DNA of 64,000 bases from Bacteroidales bacterium (GCA_029931975.1 JAOZQY010000003.1:497-64496); one strand, 5' to 3'. Shown: positions 1 through 9,355, counted from the stretch's first letter. Notes: generated by a model from the letters alone, not told the origin. Numbers and translations are program-made.

Positions 1-62
1 AGACCATCGATCAAAGCAAGTCAAGACGCAAAGCGTTTACTATATTCACATTCTATTAACAA

Positions 63-89
63 GGGTTATTAACAATTTGTTAATAACCC
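63..89. repeat. perfect 27-bp palindrome GGGTTATTAACAATTTGTTAATAACCC (13-bp arms, 1-nt centre)
   Basis: Read directly: position i pairs with position 152-i throughout. Contains inverted TATTAACAA half-sites, with further direct copies at 54-62 and 133-141. Confidence 0.9.
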
Positions 90-245
90 GCATCTCAGGT
101 ATAACATGGTATACTTGCCTCCTCCCCCTGGATATTAACAATTATTCGCTTTGTATTATTCACATCTCTCTTAACTTCAGCAGTCGGAAGATATTTCATA
201 TTCTATTGATTTTTGTACATTTAGTATTACTAAATATCATAGCTT

Positions 246-911
246 ATGAATCTGATTAAAAACAAGTTCTATTTTATTATCGTGGTGTTTTCCTGGGCAT
301 TCACTGCATTGTCAGCACAATCCGTTTATCATTTGAATTTTCAGGGGATGCTAAGCGATATAGATGGTAATAAAATCAGGAACGAGCAATTCGACCTGAA
401 GGTACAGCTAAAGCTCAAGTCGGATCAGGAAGCATCATTCGAATCCCTTAGTTCTGTTTCAACTGATCAGGAAGGTTGGTTTGCCTTCAATATTGAAGAT
501 ATTTCCTCTTACTATTTAAAGGATGGCTTATCTGGAACTCCCCTGGTTATCAAATTAGAGTTCCTGCCAAACGACTTGACCGAATGGATAAGTCAGAATG
601 AAGATTTTATGGTAAGCTATACCCTTATATCCCATCAGAGAGAGAATAAAATCGAACTGGAGATAACAAGGCTGGAAGGCTCATCATTGATTGCACACTC
701 CGAAGAGCATTTTTTTGTCTTCAAGGATCAGATGCCTTTTGCATACCTGTCCGGAGGATTTCTTATTACAGATCAGTACCCGCCAGACAACCAGCTGGTT
801 GAAGATTTAAGGGCCTGGATTACCCCTTACATGGAGGAAGAACCTGAAGCTGCTTCCCGGGGAGTAAAGGGGGGATTTCCCACAGGTGGTAATTACCGAA
901 AAAAGAAATAA
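246..911 (+). CDS. hypothetical secreted protein
   Basis: 221-aa ORF with a signal-like N-terminus FYFIIVVFSWAFTALSAQS. No family recognised. Confidence 0.55.
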   Translation: MNLIKNKFYFIIVVFSWAFTALSAQSVYHLNFQGMLSDIDGNKIRNEQFDLKVQLKLKSDQEASFESLSSVSTDQEGWFAFNIEDISSYYLKDGLSGTPLVIKLEFLPNDLTEWISQNEDFMVSYTLISHQRENKIELEITRLEGSSLIAHSEEHFFVFKDQMPFAYLSGGFLITDQYPPDNQLVEDLRAWITPYMEEEPEAASRGVKGGFPTGGNYRKKK

Positions 912-914
912 TCC

Positions 915-1922
915 TTATTTCTTCTGATCATTATTGTCGGCCTTTCCTCTGGGACGCTGTGTGCCCTTGGAGATGGAATCCCTCATGGTCGTATCCGCTT
1001 CTATATTCCTAAACTTATAGTAATCCATGATTCCCATGTGTCCGCTCCTGAATGCCTCGGCCATTGCCAGAGGAATCTCAACTTCCGCTTCAATTACTTT
1101 GGCTCTTGCCTCCTCAGCCTTCGCTTTCATCTCCTGTTCAGTAGCTACGGCCATGGCCCTGCGTTCCTCCGCTTTGGCCTGGGCAATATTTTTATCCGCA
1201 TTGGCCTGATCCATTTGCAACACGGCTCCAATGTTCTTCCCAATATCAATATCGGCCACATCAATGGAAAGAATTTCAAATGCTGTTCCGGCATCCAGCC
1301 CTTTGTCCAGTACCATTCTCGATATCGAATCCGGATTCTCAAGCACCTCTTTGTGAGACTTGGAGGAGCCAATGGAGGAGACAATGCCCTCACCAACCCG
1401 TGCCAGCACAGTCTCTTCACCTGCACCACCTACCAGCTGTTTTATACTTGCCCTTACCGTAACCCGGGCCTTGGCAATCAACTGAATTCCGTCTTTGGCC
1501 ACGGCTGTTACCGGCGGAGTATTGATCACCCTTGGATTAACCGACATCTGTACCGCTTCCAACACATCCCTACCTGCCAGGTCAATGGCTGTTGCCATCT
1601 GGAAAGAGAGATCTATATTGGCCTTGCTGGCTGATACAAGCGCATGGATCACTTGTTCCACATGCCCCCCTGCCAGAAAGTGTGCCTCCAGCTCGTCACG
1701 CTGTATTGTTGCAAGCCCCGCCTTATAGGCTTCAATCATCGACCTGACAATGACTGTGGGTGGAACTTTTCTCCACCTCATCAGAATCAATTGTAGAAGG
1801 GAAATTCGCACTCCCGATAATAGTGCAGTAAACCACAATCCAATGGGAATAAAATATAAGATAATCCAAAGGCCAATAATACTGGCCACAACAATAATGA
1901 TCCAGGCGTAATCAAATTCCAT
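915..1922 (-). CDS. floA: flotillin-like protein FloA (UPF0365, SPFH superfamily)
   Basis: 335-aa ORF. N-terminal membrane hairpin, then [22 protein letters not shown] and [18 protein letters not shown], then an Ala/Glu-rich coiled-coil tail. Lies 2 nt downstream of an nfeD gene. Confidence 0.85.
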   Translation of the reverse strand: MEFDYAWIIIVVASIIGLWIILYFIPIGLWFTALLSGVRISLLQLILMRWRKVPPTVIVRSMIEAYKAGLATIQRDELEAHFLAGGHVEQVIHALVSASKANIDLSFQMATAIDLAGRDVLEAVQMSVNPRVINTPPVTAVAKDGIQLIAKARVTVRASIKQLVGGAGEETVLARVGEGIVSSIGSSKSHKEVLENPDSISRMVLDKGLDAGTAFEILSIDVADIDIGKNIGAVLQMDQANADKNIAQAKAEERRAMAVATEQEMKAKAEEARAKVIEAEVEIPLAMAEAFRSGHMGIMDYYKFRNIEADTTMRDSISKGTQRPRGKADNNDQKK

Positions 1923-1924
1923 AT

Positions 1925-2395
1925 CTATTTATCTTTAAATGGTTTAACACTAATTCGAGTCCCTTCCACAGAGACCACTTCTATATCGCTATGCTCGTCA
2001 ATATATCCTTCAATGGATTTGGCTTCCCGCACAATATCATTGACAAGTACCTTTCCCATGGGAGCCAGCCGGGTGAGCGTAGAGCCCATATCACCTGCTT
2101 TGATCTCCTTATCAGTGGGAGCAGTATCCACAGTTCCTTTAATATTCGTTTTTAGCATCAGACGGCTCCAGGTCCTGGCCCTGAGTGACATAGCAATCAC
2201 AAAAACACTCACTATCAGGGTGGCGATAAGCACCCAAACACCAGTGCCAGATCCGAAATCGTTAAAGGCTTTATACACACCAAAGACAGTGAGCACGAGT
2301 CCGCCGATTCCTGCAATGGTTATGCCAGGTACAAGAAGGAACTCAATCACAAAAAGCAAGATTCCAAGTAAAATTAAAATGATGACTACGGTCAT
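1925..2395 (-). CDS. NfeD family membrane protein
   Basis: 156-aa ORF with N-terminal TM helices and a C-terminal soluble NfeD-type domain ([36 protein letters not shown]). Operon partner of floA. Confidence 0.8.
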   Translation of the reverse strand: MTVVIILILLGILLFVIEFLLVPGITIAGIGGLVLTVFGVYKAFNDFGSGTGVWVLIATLIVSVFVIAMSLRARTWSRLMLKTNIKGTVDTAPTDKEIKAGDMGSTLTRLAPMGKVLVNDIVREAKSIEGYIDEHSDIEVVSVEGTRISVKPFKDK

Positions 2396-2402
2396 ATCTG
2401 GT

Positions 2403-2687
2403 TCAATTATTCACGGTGGCCTTCAAGCCTCGTGAAATAAGCATGTAGCGAAGCTCCTTCATCTCAGTAAGGGAGCCGGATCTGACTTCACATTTGCCTT
2501 TAAAGTGGGTAATGGTGGCACACTGCTCAGCCTGTGTCACAGAATGGTCACATACCTCTACCAATATCTCCATCACATAATCAAAAGTATTAACATCGTC
2601 ATTATGGAGCACCAGATTTGCCTGTTTCTTTTGGTCAACACCATCTGAACTCAGCTTCTGTGGCCTACTGGTAAAATTACTGTCCAT
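2403..2687 (-). CDS. clpS: ATP-dependent Clp protease adaptor ClpS
   Basis: 94-aa ORF. LVLHNDDVNTFDYVMEILVEVCDHS...AEQCATITHFKGKCEV matches the ClpS core. Confidence 0.85.
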   Translation of the reverse strand: MDSNFTSRPQKLSSDGVDQKKQANLVLHNDDVNTFDYVMEILVEVCDHSVTQAEQCATITHFKGKCEVRSGSLTEMKELRYMLISRGLKATVNN

Positions 2688-2742
2688 GATTTAACATATT
2701 CACGCCCATCAAATATAGAAAAAATCTTCGGCAAACACAGAC

Positions 2743-4665
2743 TCACTCCAACTGTTTTGCCTTCTGGGTGGAAACCGGGGTTCCATTGTACCATGCCACA
2801 ATAAAGGCATCTTCATACCCTGTGGAACGAATTCTGGGAAGTGCCAGTGAAGCATCTTCATACCTGGAAAATTTTCCTGCATAATATTTTATCAGTCCCC
2901 GCTCTTTTAATCGCTCCCCTGTAATTGGACTCATACCACCAAAGGTATGGGGCTCAACTGCAGCACCAAAAGCTCCAAGCTGTACCCGGTAATAAGTTCC
3001 TGATGGCAGGGGAAGATCCATGGGAATAGGATTTGCACTGTTGTAGGGTGAGTGAGTGAGAATATCAAATCTGTTGATATGGGAAGAAGACGGGATGACT
3101 TTTTTCACATCAGGCTGAGCGCCGGGCTCCCCTTCAACTCGCCTCTTATGTTCTGCATACCGGTAAACCGTCAGATCTTCAATCTTCCTGTCCACCACTA
3201 TGCTTTCAGGAGGATTTACAGCTGGTTTCACTGCACCTTCCTGCTCCATCTGTACATATAGCTGATCTGCCAGCACTTCCTCATCACGGGCCCTTTTCTC
3301 CCACACTATAATCTGCTTTTGCCATACCCACCTGTCATTGGGATCGTCCGACTCCCTTACCCTTACCCGGGCAGAGCTTGCCAGACCCTTCAGGGAATCT
3401 GAAACTGCCTGGTGCTCCAGTGCGGCGGCAAGCGTCTCCTGGTAAGCGTTGAGAGGCTCATCTGCCGGTAGATATTTTACCGAAACAACAGCTTTATCCT
3501 CTGCCTGCTCTATCTTCTCAAGCTCCTCCATTCCGGCAAGTATCTCTTTAGCCACCCCGCCAAGCTGGGCAATCTCCCTAAGCATTTTACTATCAGGACT
3601 TGTTTTTTTCTTCGGTTCAACCAGATGAACCCTGTATACGGTAATCGTGGAATCAGTCCCCTGGCGGGTAGAGAAAAACAGGACCATTCCAAGGTCAGAT
3701 CCCGGTAAAAGCAAAAATTCATCCATCACAGAATTTACAGGAAACCCTAGATTCATGGGCTCGGTCCATTGATCGCGTTCCATATCATAATGCGACCTGT
3801 ACAAATCGAAACCGCCAGTGCCATACCTTCCGTCTGAGGCAAAATAGAGGTTATTCTCAATGGGATCAAAATAGGGTAATAGCTCGTTTCCAGGACTATT
3901 AAGTGATGATACTTCTTCCGGATCACTCCAGTTTCTTCCTGAACCCTTCCGTACCCTGAAGATCTGCGTTCCCTCTTTTTCGCCTTTTCCATAGCCGGCA
4001 AAGTAGAGATAATCTCCCCTTACCGGATCGGTGGGAATAAACATCAGGTGACTGAGCCCTGTGGGATCCTCATCACCCCGGGTCCAGACCCCGGGCTTTG
4101 GACACAGTTGTCCGCCTTTCATCTTTACCTGTGAATATTGAAGTGAATCTGACAGATCCATAAAGGTAACATTCATGACTTCATAAGGATTATAGAAAGA
4201 TGTGATCTCTCGGGCACTCCTGCAGGTTCTGATCAGGTGCTTCACATTGTACTCTTTCTTCTCCTGGCGGCTTGCCGCCATTTCAAATTGTTCGAAACAT
4301 CGCTGTGCGTCCCGAAAGTTATAAGAGCGAAAATGGGCCATAGCCAGGTAAAAAACCGCATCCGAAGGAGTATTCTTTTTAGATGCTCCATAGAGCAATT
4401 CAATGGCTTCATCCAAGCCTTCATTTAACTCCACCAGGCACCTGCCGACATAATAACTATACATGGGGTCATCCCCCTCCAATGCTATCAAGGTTCTGAA
4501 TCCAACAAGTGCAGAAGCATACTGTCTCTGTTTGAAACTGCTCAGTGCTGATTGCTCTTGACCATAAAGGTCATTTCCGGCCAGGAACAGCAAGATTGCT
4601 GTCATTGGGATTAAGGTCCTGTTTACATGTCTAAACATAATTGTGATCGTTCTGTAACGAGTCAA
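2743..4665 (-). CDS. TPR / PD40 beta-propeller / SPOR domain envelope protein
   Basis: 640-aa ORF. Signal peptide, N-terminal TPR-like helices, PD40/TolB-like repeats (YFASDGRYGTGGFDLYRS) and a C-terminal SPOR motif YYRVQLGAFG. The start may be the internal ATG at 4638. Confidence 0.7.
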   Translation of the reverse strand: MTRYRTITIMFRHVNRTLIPMTAILLFLAGNDLYGQEQSALSSFKQRQYASALVGFRTLIALEGDDPMYSYYVGRCLVELNEGLDEAIELLYGASKKNTPSDAVFYLAMAHFRSYNFRDAQRCFEQFEMAASRQEKKEYNVKHLIRTCRSAREITSFYNPYEVMNVTFMDLSDSLQYSQVKMKGGQLCPKPGVWTRGDEDPTGLSHLMFIPTDPVRGDYLYFAGYGKGEKEGTQIFRVRKGSGRNWSDPEEVSSLNSPGNELLPYFDPIENNLYFASDGRYGTGGFDLYRSHYDMERDQWTEPMNLGFPVNSVMDEFLLLPGSDLGMVLFFSTRQGTDSTITVYRVHLVEPKKKTSPDSKMLREIAQLGGVAKEILAGMEELEKIEQAEDKAVVSVKYLPADEPLNAYQETLAAALEHQAVSDSLKGLASSARVRVRESDDPNDRWVWQKQIIVWEKRARDEEVLADQLYVQMEQEGAVKPAVNPPESIVVDRKIEDLTVYRYAEHKRRVEGEPGAQPDVKKVIPSSSHINRFDILTHSPYNSANPIPMDLPLPSGTYYRVQLGAFGAAVEPHTFGGMSPITGERLKERGLIKYYAGKFSRYEDASLALPRIRSTGYEDAFIVAWYNGTPVSTQKAKQLE

Positions 4666-4774
4666 AAATAGTAATAATCTACGGTACCCCTGAAGCAGAT
4701 TTTGTTAATAAAGACTCCAGGCTAATGACCAGCTGTTTAAGGCAATCTTTGTACATTTACAGTTTGAATTTACT

Positions 4775-5070
4775 ATGTTGGAATTGAAAGTAGGAGACCT
4801 TGCTCCTGACATAAGGGTCTCGGACGAAAACGGAGAATTGGTCACCCGGGAAGGCGTATAAAGGCAAGAAGCTGGCACTCAATTTTTATCCCAGGGACAC
4901 TACACCAGGATTACGGTGCCTGGGGGGGGGAGAAATTATACGGAAAAACATACATGGGAGTCCTTAGTAAAACCTTTATCATTAATGAGGAGGGGTATGT
5001 TGAAAAGATTATTGAGAAAGTAAAAACCAAGGAACACAGCAGGCAGATATTTGCTGAATTATCACATTAA
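4775..5070 (+). pseudogene. bcp: decayed thiol peroxidase Bcp/PrxQ (one frameshift plus an internal deletion removing the TPGC active site)
   Basis: Three colinear frame pieces: MLELKVGDLAPDIRVSDENGELVTREGV*, then YKGKKLALNFYPRDTTPG, then DYGAWGGEKLYGKTYMGVLSKTFIINEEGYVEKIIEKVKTKEHSRQIFAELSH*. No ORF of 60 aa or more remains. Confidence 0.7.
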
Positions 5071-5083
5071 CCAGTAAAATCGG

Positions 5084-6103
5084 ATGAGCAAGGAAAATAG
5101 CAACAGCAATAAAGAGGAGAAATTAAAAGCGCTTCAGCTTACTCTGGATAAAATTGAAAAGGGATATGGTAAGGGCACCATCATGAAATTGGGCGATAAT
5201 GCGATTGAAAATGTGGAGGTGATCCCTTCCGGATCACTGGGGCTGGATCTGGCTCTGGGCGTGGGAGGCTATCCCCGCGGAAGGGTCGTTGAGATTTATG
5301 GTCCCGAATCATCAGGAAAAACAACCCTGGCCATTCACGCCATTGCAGAAGCTCAGAAAAATGGCGGAATCGCAGCTTTTGTTGATGCGGAGCATGCCTT
5401 TGACCGTTTCTATGCAAAAAAGCTGGGGGTGGATATCGAAAACCTCTATATCTCACAGCCCGATAATGGAGAGCAGGCACTAGAAATTACAGATCATCTG
5501 ATCCGTTCCGGTGCAATAGATATCATTGTAATCGATTCCGTTGCAGCCCTTACCCCAAAATCTGAGATTGAAGGAGAGATGGGAGATTCTAAAATGGGAT
5601 TGCAGGCCAGGCTGATGTCCCAGGCACTCAGAAAGCTTACTGCCAATATTAACCGTACCAATACCACCTGCGTATTCATCAACCAGCTTCGCGAAAAGAT
5701 TGGCGTCATGTTTGGGAATCCTGAAACGACCACCGGTGGAAATGCACTAAAATTTTACGCATCGGTACGCCTTGATATCAGGCGCATAGGCCAGTTAAAA
5801 GATGGCGAAGAGATACAAGGGAACCGGACCCGGGTAAAAGTAGTTAAGAATAAACTGGCACCTCCATTTCGTAAAGCAGAATTTGACATTCTCTATGGTC
5901 AGGGTATTTCCAAAGCAGGCGAGCTGATCGACATGGGAGTGGACCTGAATATCCTGAAAAAGAGCGGATCATGGTTCAGTTACGGGGAAACTCGACTGGG
6001 ACAGGGCCGGGATGCAGTAAAAAATCTTCTGAGGGATAATCCTGAGTTATCTGAGGAGATAGAAGATAAAATCAAGGTAGCCATACAGGGTTCTGAAGAG
6101 TAG
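5084..6103 (+). CDS. recA: recombinase RecA
   Basis: 339-aa ORF with Walker [26 protein letters not shown] and [22 protein letters not shown]. Confidence 0.98.
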   Translation: MSKENSNSNKEEKLKALQLTLDKIEKGYGKGTIMKLGDNAIENVEVIPSGSLGLDLALGVGGYPRGRVVEIYGPESSGKTTLAIHAIAEAQKNGGIAAFVDAEHAFDRFYAKKLGVDIENLYISQPDNGEQALEITDHLIRSGAIDIIVIDSVAALTPKSEIEGEMGDSKMGLQARLMSQALRKLTANINRTNTTCVFINQLREKIGVMFGNPETTTGGNALKFYASVRLDIRRIGQLKDGEEIQGNRTRVKVVKNKLAPPFRKAEFDILYGQGISKAGELIDMGVDLNILKKSGSWFSYGETRLGQGRDAVKNLLRDNPELSEEIEDKIKVAIQGSEE

Positions 6104-6139
6104 CACAGGAACCCTGTTGCTGCATAATAGATAATAGAA

Positions 6140-6547
6140 ATGAATTTCCTTTTGCATTTTATATTTATTGCGGCATTTCTGCTTATTTATATCATTGCGA
6201 TTATTATTCTAAAACCTTTCAGAATACATCGCAAGCGTCCCGTTTCAACCATCCTCATCAAATCCAGTTACCTGGTTTACCTGGCATGCTTTCTTTTGAT
6301 GGCCTATATGATACTCTTTTTCTCAGCAAATGCTGAACCAACAGGAGATGTTGATGAGGAGAAAATTCTCAATGCACTGACTGTTTTCAGCATATTTGCG
6401 TTTTTTATTCCCAATATTGGAATTATGATTCGTCGTAGAATTAACACATGGCGGGTTACCTATAACTATATTCTAACAGCACTGAATCTCCTGATTGCCC
6501 TGGGTATGATATGGTTCATTATGGACCTCCCCTGGGAATTCAGGTAG
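6140..6547 (+). CDS. hypothetical integral membrane protein
   Basis: 135-aa ORF with about four hydrophobic helices. No family recognised. Its 3-prime end overlaps the miaA stop by 8 nt (convergent). Confidence 0.5.
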   Translation: MNFLLHFIFIAAFLLIYIIAIIILKPFRIHRKRPVSTILIKSSYLVYLACFLLMAYMILFFSANAEPTGDVDEEKILNALTVFSIFAFFIPNIGIMIRRRINTWRVTYNYILTALNLLIALGMIWFIMDLPWEFR

Positions 6548-7472
6548 TAAGCAGCGCCAGGGCCCGTTCCATCTTCTCTTCAAGGGAGAGTTCCCCATCA
6601 AGCCACTCAATGGATACACCCCTTCTCTCCATGCCCCTGAAGTAGGTCATCTGTCTTTTTGCAAACTGATGAATAGCGGTGTTCAGCTTACTGAACATCT
6701 CATCGTAACTAAACTCTTTCTGGATATATTTTCCCACATAACGGTATTCCAGTCCATAGTAATCAAGCATTTCGGCCGACACTCCGCGTAACATAAGTCC
6801 CTCTACCTCCTCTACCATCCCTTCCTTCATTCTCTCTCTGAGTCGTTGTGTGATCCGCTCTCTTCGAATACTCCTTTCAAAACTTATCCCCAACACCAGG
6901 GAATTCAACTCCTTGTCCTGTTCGGAAGTTCCCGGCTTTCCAGACTGATACATTGCAATCTCAATGGCCCGAATCAAACGCTTGCGATTCTTAGTATCCG
7001 AGATATTGTGAAGCGGACCGTACAATTTTAGAATCCCTTCCAGCTCTTCATAATCCTTCTTTTCAAGGTCTTCCCATAAAGCGGGATCATGTGGCACATT
7101 TAAGAGTCGGTAATTACGAAGTACCGACTCCAGATAAAGACCACTCCCACCGCAAAGAACGGGCATAAGCCCTCTTTCAGAAATATCAGTGAGGACCCTG
7201 AAAAAATCATGTTTAAAAAGGTAGACATTGTACTCAGAACCAGCATCAAGGATATCAATCAGATGTGCAGCTACCCGCTGACCATTCACCAGATAGTCCT
7301 TATAATCCTTACCTGTCCCGATATCCATCCCACGGTAGACCTGCCTGGAATCGGCACTAATAATTTCACCTCCAATCCGATGAGCCAGATGAGCTGCAAA
7401 GGCCGTCTTTCCTGCTGCAGTATGTCCCAGTATCGTGACCAGATTAATCATTTTCTCTTCAAGTGAAACCAA
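6540..7472 (-). CDS. miaA: tRNA dimethylallyltransferase MiaA
   Basis: 310-aa ORF with P-loop GHTAAGKT followed by ISADSRQVYRGMDIGTGK. An alternative start is the ATG at 7451 (MINLVTILG). Confidence 0.92.
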   Translation of the reverse strand: MVSLEEKMINLVTILGHTAAGKTAFAAHLAHRIGGEIISADSRQVYRGMDIGTGKDYKDYLVNGQRVAAHLIDILDAGSEYNVYLFKHDFFRVLTDISERGLMPVLCGGSGLYLESVLRNYRLLNVPHDPALWEDLEKKDYEELEGILKLYGPLHNISDTKNRKRLIRAIEIAMYQSGKPGTSEQDKELNSLVLGISFERSIRRERITQRLRERMKEGMVEEVEGLMLRGVSAEMLDYYGLEYRYVGKYIQKEFSYDEMFSKLNTAIHQFAKRQMTYFRGMERRGVSIEWLDGELSLEEKMERALALLTT

Positions 7473-7487
7473 ATATACCTTATTTTA

Positions 7488-7495
7488 TACCTTTG
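7488..7495 (+). promoter_or_regulatory. putative Bacteroidota -7 promoter box TACCTTTG (TAnnTTTG) for smpB
   Basis: Exact match to the TAnnTTTG consensus, 14 nt upstream of the ATG at 7510. Confidence 0.45.
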
Positions 7496-7509
7496 CGAAC
7501 GAAACAGCA

Positions 7510-7962
7510 ATGGGAAATGCAATTAACATAAGGAATAAAAAGGCCTACCACGACTATGAGATCATGGAGAAGTTCGTGGCTGGAATTCAGCTGCAGGGCA
7601 CAGAGATAAAATCGATTCGTATGGGGAAAGTGAGCCTGGGAGAATCCTATTGCTCATTTGAAAACAAGGAGCTGTATGTGAGGGGTATGCAGATCGCAGA
7701 TTATGCCTGGGGTAGCTTCAATAAGCATGAGCCCGGACGAGACCGTAAATTGTTGATGACCCGAAACGAACTAAAAAAATTGAAACGCAAAACCCGGGAA
7801 AGCGGTCTCACTATTGTCGCGTTAAAATTGTTTATCTCAAATTCCGGTTATGCCAAGCTGGAGATTGGTCTGGCAAGAGGTAAGAGGGAATACGACAAGC
7901 GTGAAACCATCAAACGCAAAGACACACAGCGTCAGATGGACCGCCTCCAGAAAATAAAATAG
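7510..7962 (+). CDS. smpB: SsrA-binding protein SmpB
   Basis: Starts MGNAINIRNKKAYHDYEIMEKFVAGIQLQGTEIKS, the SmpB consensus. The track ORF from 7435 is an upstream extension overlapping miaA and the promoter box. Confidence 0.92.
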   Translation: MGNAINIRNKKAYHDYEIMEKFVAGIQLQGTEIKSIRMGKVSLGESYCSFENKELYVRGMQIADYAWGSFNKHEPGRDRKLLMTRNELKKLKRKTRESGLTIVALKLFISNSGYAKLEIGLARGKREYDKRETIKRKDTQRQMDRLQKIK

Positions 7963-7970
7963 TACAGACC

Positions 7971-9329
7971 TTACTGAGAGAAGAAGAAGTCATTGAGTAT
8001 CCTGACCCCTTCAACATCCAGATCTAACTGAAAATCAAAATACTTATCGATAACCAGTAATAGCTCATCGAAGGAGAGATAGCCATCACTATCTATATCG
8101 AGCGACTGAAATTTATCCGGAATTTCAACATCGGAAGTCAACCTGTATTCCCCACTGATAATGGCCGTGTAATCCTCAACATCTTCACGGTCCATGGCAG
8201 TGTTCCGAAGTTCCATACGTTCCATATAGTCCTCTTCAGAAACAGTTACTCCCTGATCATCCACCCATGCATTTCGCTTTGTGTCAAGTTCCTGATCAAG
8301 ATAATCGGCCACTCCATCCATATCCTCATCAAGCGGACAACCAAGTGTATCCACTTCAACACCATAAGGAGTACCCGGACAACGATCCGATACATCCAGT
8401 ACAAAGTCTCCATCTTCGTCATCAAACAATAGAGGGTCAAATTCAACATCTGCATACAACAAGTCCACCCTCCTGGTAGTCGGGTCTGAGAAAAGGTCAA
8501 AATGAAGTGTCAGGTGTGAATAGATAAAACCATCCTTCCCTTTGCTCCCCTGAATACTGGTGCCTTCGTAGGCAACATTATCCAGCATATCGGTCATTGA
8601 AATGTAGTAGGCCACACCCAGACTGAAAAAAGACCGGCTGTTGATCCGAAAATGAGCACCCAGTCCCATGGGAATTACGAGAGTATTCTGGCTATAATTG
8701 CCCAATCCAAATTCCTCACTTTCACGCAAACGCAGGTCTGTTTCATATTCGTAATCCCTGTTGAGTGGTAGTGCTCCCCCACCCAGCCATTCAGGTGAAT
8801 CCTTGATGCTTCCATCTGTCCAGTAATAGTAGGTCATCCCACTGGCATCCCTTAGGTCCCCTTTTGAGCTAAAGCTGAGGTTACCCAGGCCCAATGACAG
8901 ATAAGGCCTTATAAGAGCTTCTTTATCAATGAAATGCCCAAACCTGTATTCCGCATTGGCTCCAATGGCTGATGTCGATGTCCTGAAATTCAGGTTTTGT
9001 GTAAGGTCATTGTGGGAGTAAGTGTTACCACTCAGGTTCCCTATCAGGTAGAAGAAATTTGCGGTGAAATGATGCTTTCTGTCAACAAAGGTAGAGACAT
9101 TCACAGATATGGCATTGTTCCCAATAACCGGACTGATTTTGCTGTTTTGCACATCTCCATGGAAATTCATCACACCATATGAGAAGGATACTACCGGCTT
9201 ATAAACGGGGTTCTCAACAGTATCGATCCGCTGCAGCATAGAATCATAATCCACTTCCTGCGCCTGTGCCAGCAATGGAATCAGGGCCAGGAACAATATC
9301 AGGAATCTATATGTGCGTGCACTTAGCAA
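7971..9329 (-). CDS. outer-membrane beta-barrel protein with thrombospondin type-3 repeats and a C-terminal EF-hand
   Basis: 452-aa ORF. Signal peptide, alternating-hydrophobic barrel region, DRCPGTPYGVEVDTLGCPLDEDMDGVADYLD (TSP3-type), and the EF-hand loop DIDSDGYLSFDE at nt 8064-8099. Confidence 0.65.
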   Translation of the reverse strand: MLSARTYRFLILFLALIPLLAQAQEVDYDSMLQRIDTVENPVYKPVVSFSYGVMNFHGDVQNSKISPVIGNNAISVNVSTFVDRKHHFTANFFYLIGNLSGNTYSHNDLTQNLNFRTSTSAIGANAEYRFGHFIDKEALIRPYLSLGLGNLSFSSKGDLRDASGMTYYYWTDGSIKDSPEWLGGGALPLNRDYEYETDLRLRESEEFGLGNYSQNTLVIPMGLGAHFRINSRSFFSLGVAYYISMTDMLDNVAYEGTSIQGSKGKDGFIYSHLTLHFDLFSDPTTRRVDLLYADVEFDPLLFDDEDGDFVLDVSDRCPGTPYGVEVDTLGCPLDEDMDGVADYLDQELDTKRNAWVDDQGVTVSEEDYMERMELRNTAMDREDVEDYTAIISGEYRLTSDVEIPDKFQSLDIDSDGYLSFDELLLVIDKYFDFQLDLDVEGVRILNDFFFSQ

Positions 9330-9355
9330 AAGAATTCTTCTCTTAGTAGAATCAA

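Noticed and set aside
77-259. 60-aa ORF in the AT-rich leader upstream of the first gene.
   Set aside because: It runs through the repeat/palindrome array and into the start of the 246-911 gene. Its composition is typical of translated AT-rich non-coding DNA.
1038-1634. Long antisense ORFs inside well-supported genes. Examples: 1038-1634 in floA, 13730-14230 in uvrA, 21693-22274 in the SPFH gene, 25532-26051 in meaB, 30652-31278 in the Omp85-like gene, 42429-42971 in murF-alr, 49262-49981 in the carboxyltransferase, 60199-60726 in ddl, and 63038-63736 in trpB.
   Set aside because: Each lies wholly within a gene whose product has unmistakable family motifs on the other strand. Their translations are low-complexity or Ser/Pro/Arg/Cys-rich with no recognisable motifs. 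They are classic shadow ORFs caused by codon-position bias.
4922-4930. G9 homopolymer as a possible phase-variation switch or as the frameshift site in the bcp relic.
   Set aside because: The frame through the run reads WGGEK, matching the family's WGEK segment, and the frame breaks map elsewhere (about 4856 and about 4910). It remains a site worth checking for sequencing error.
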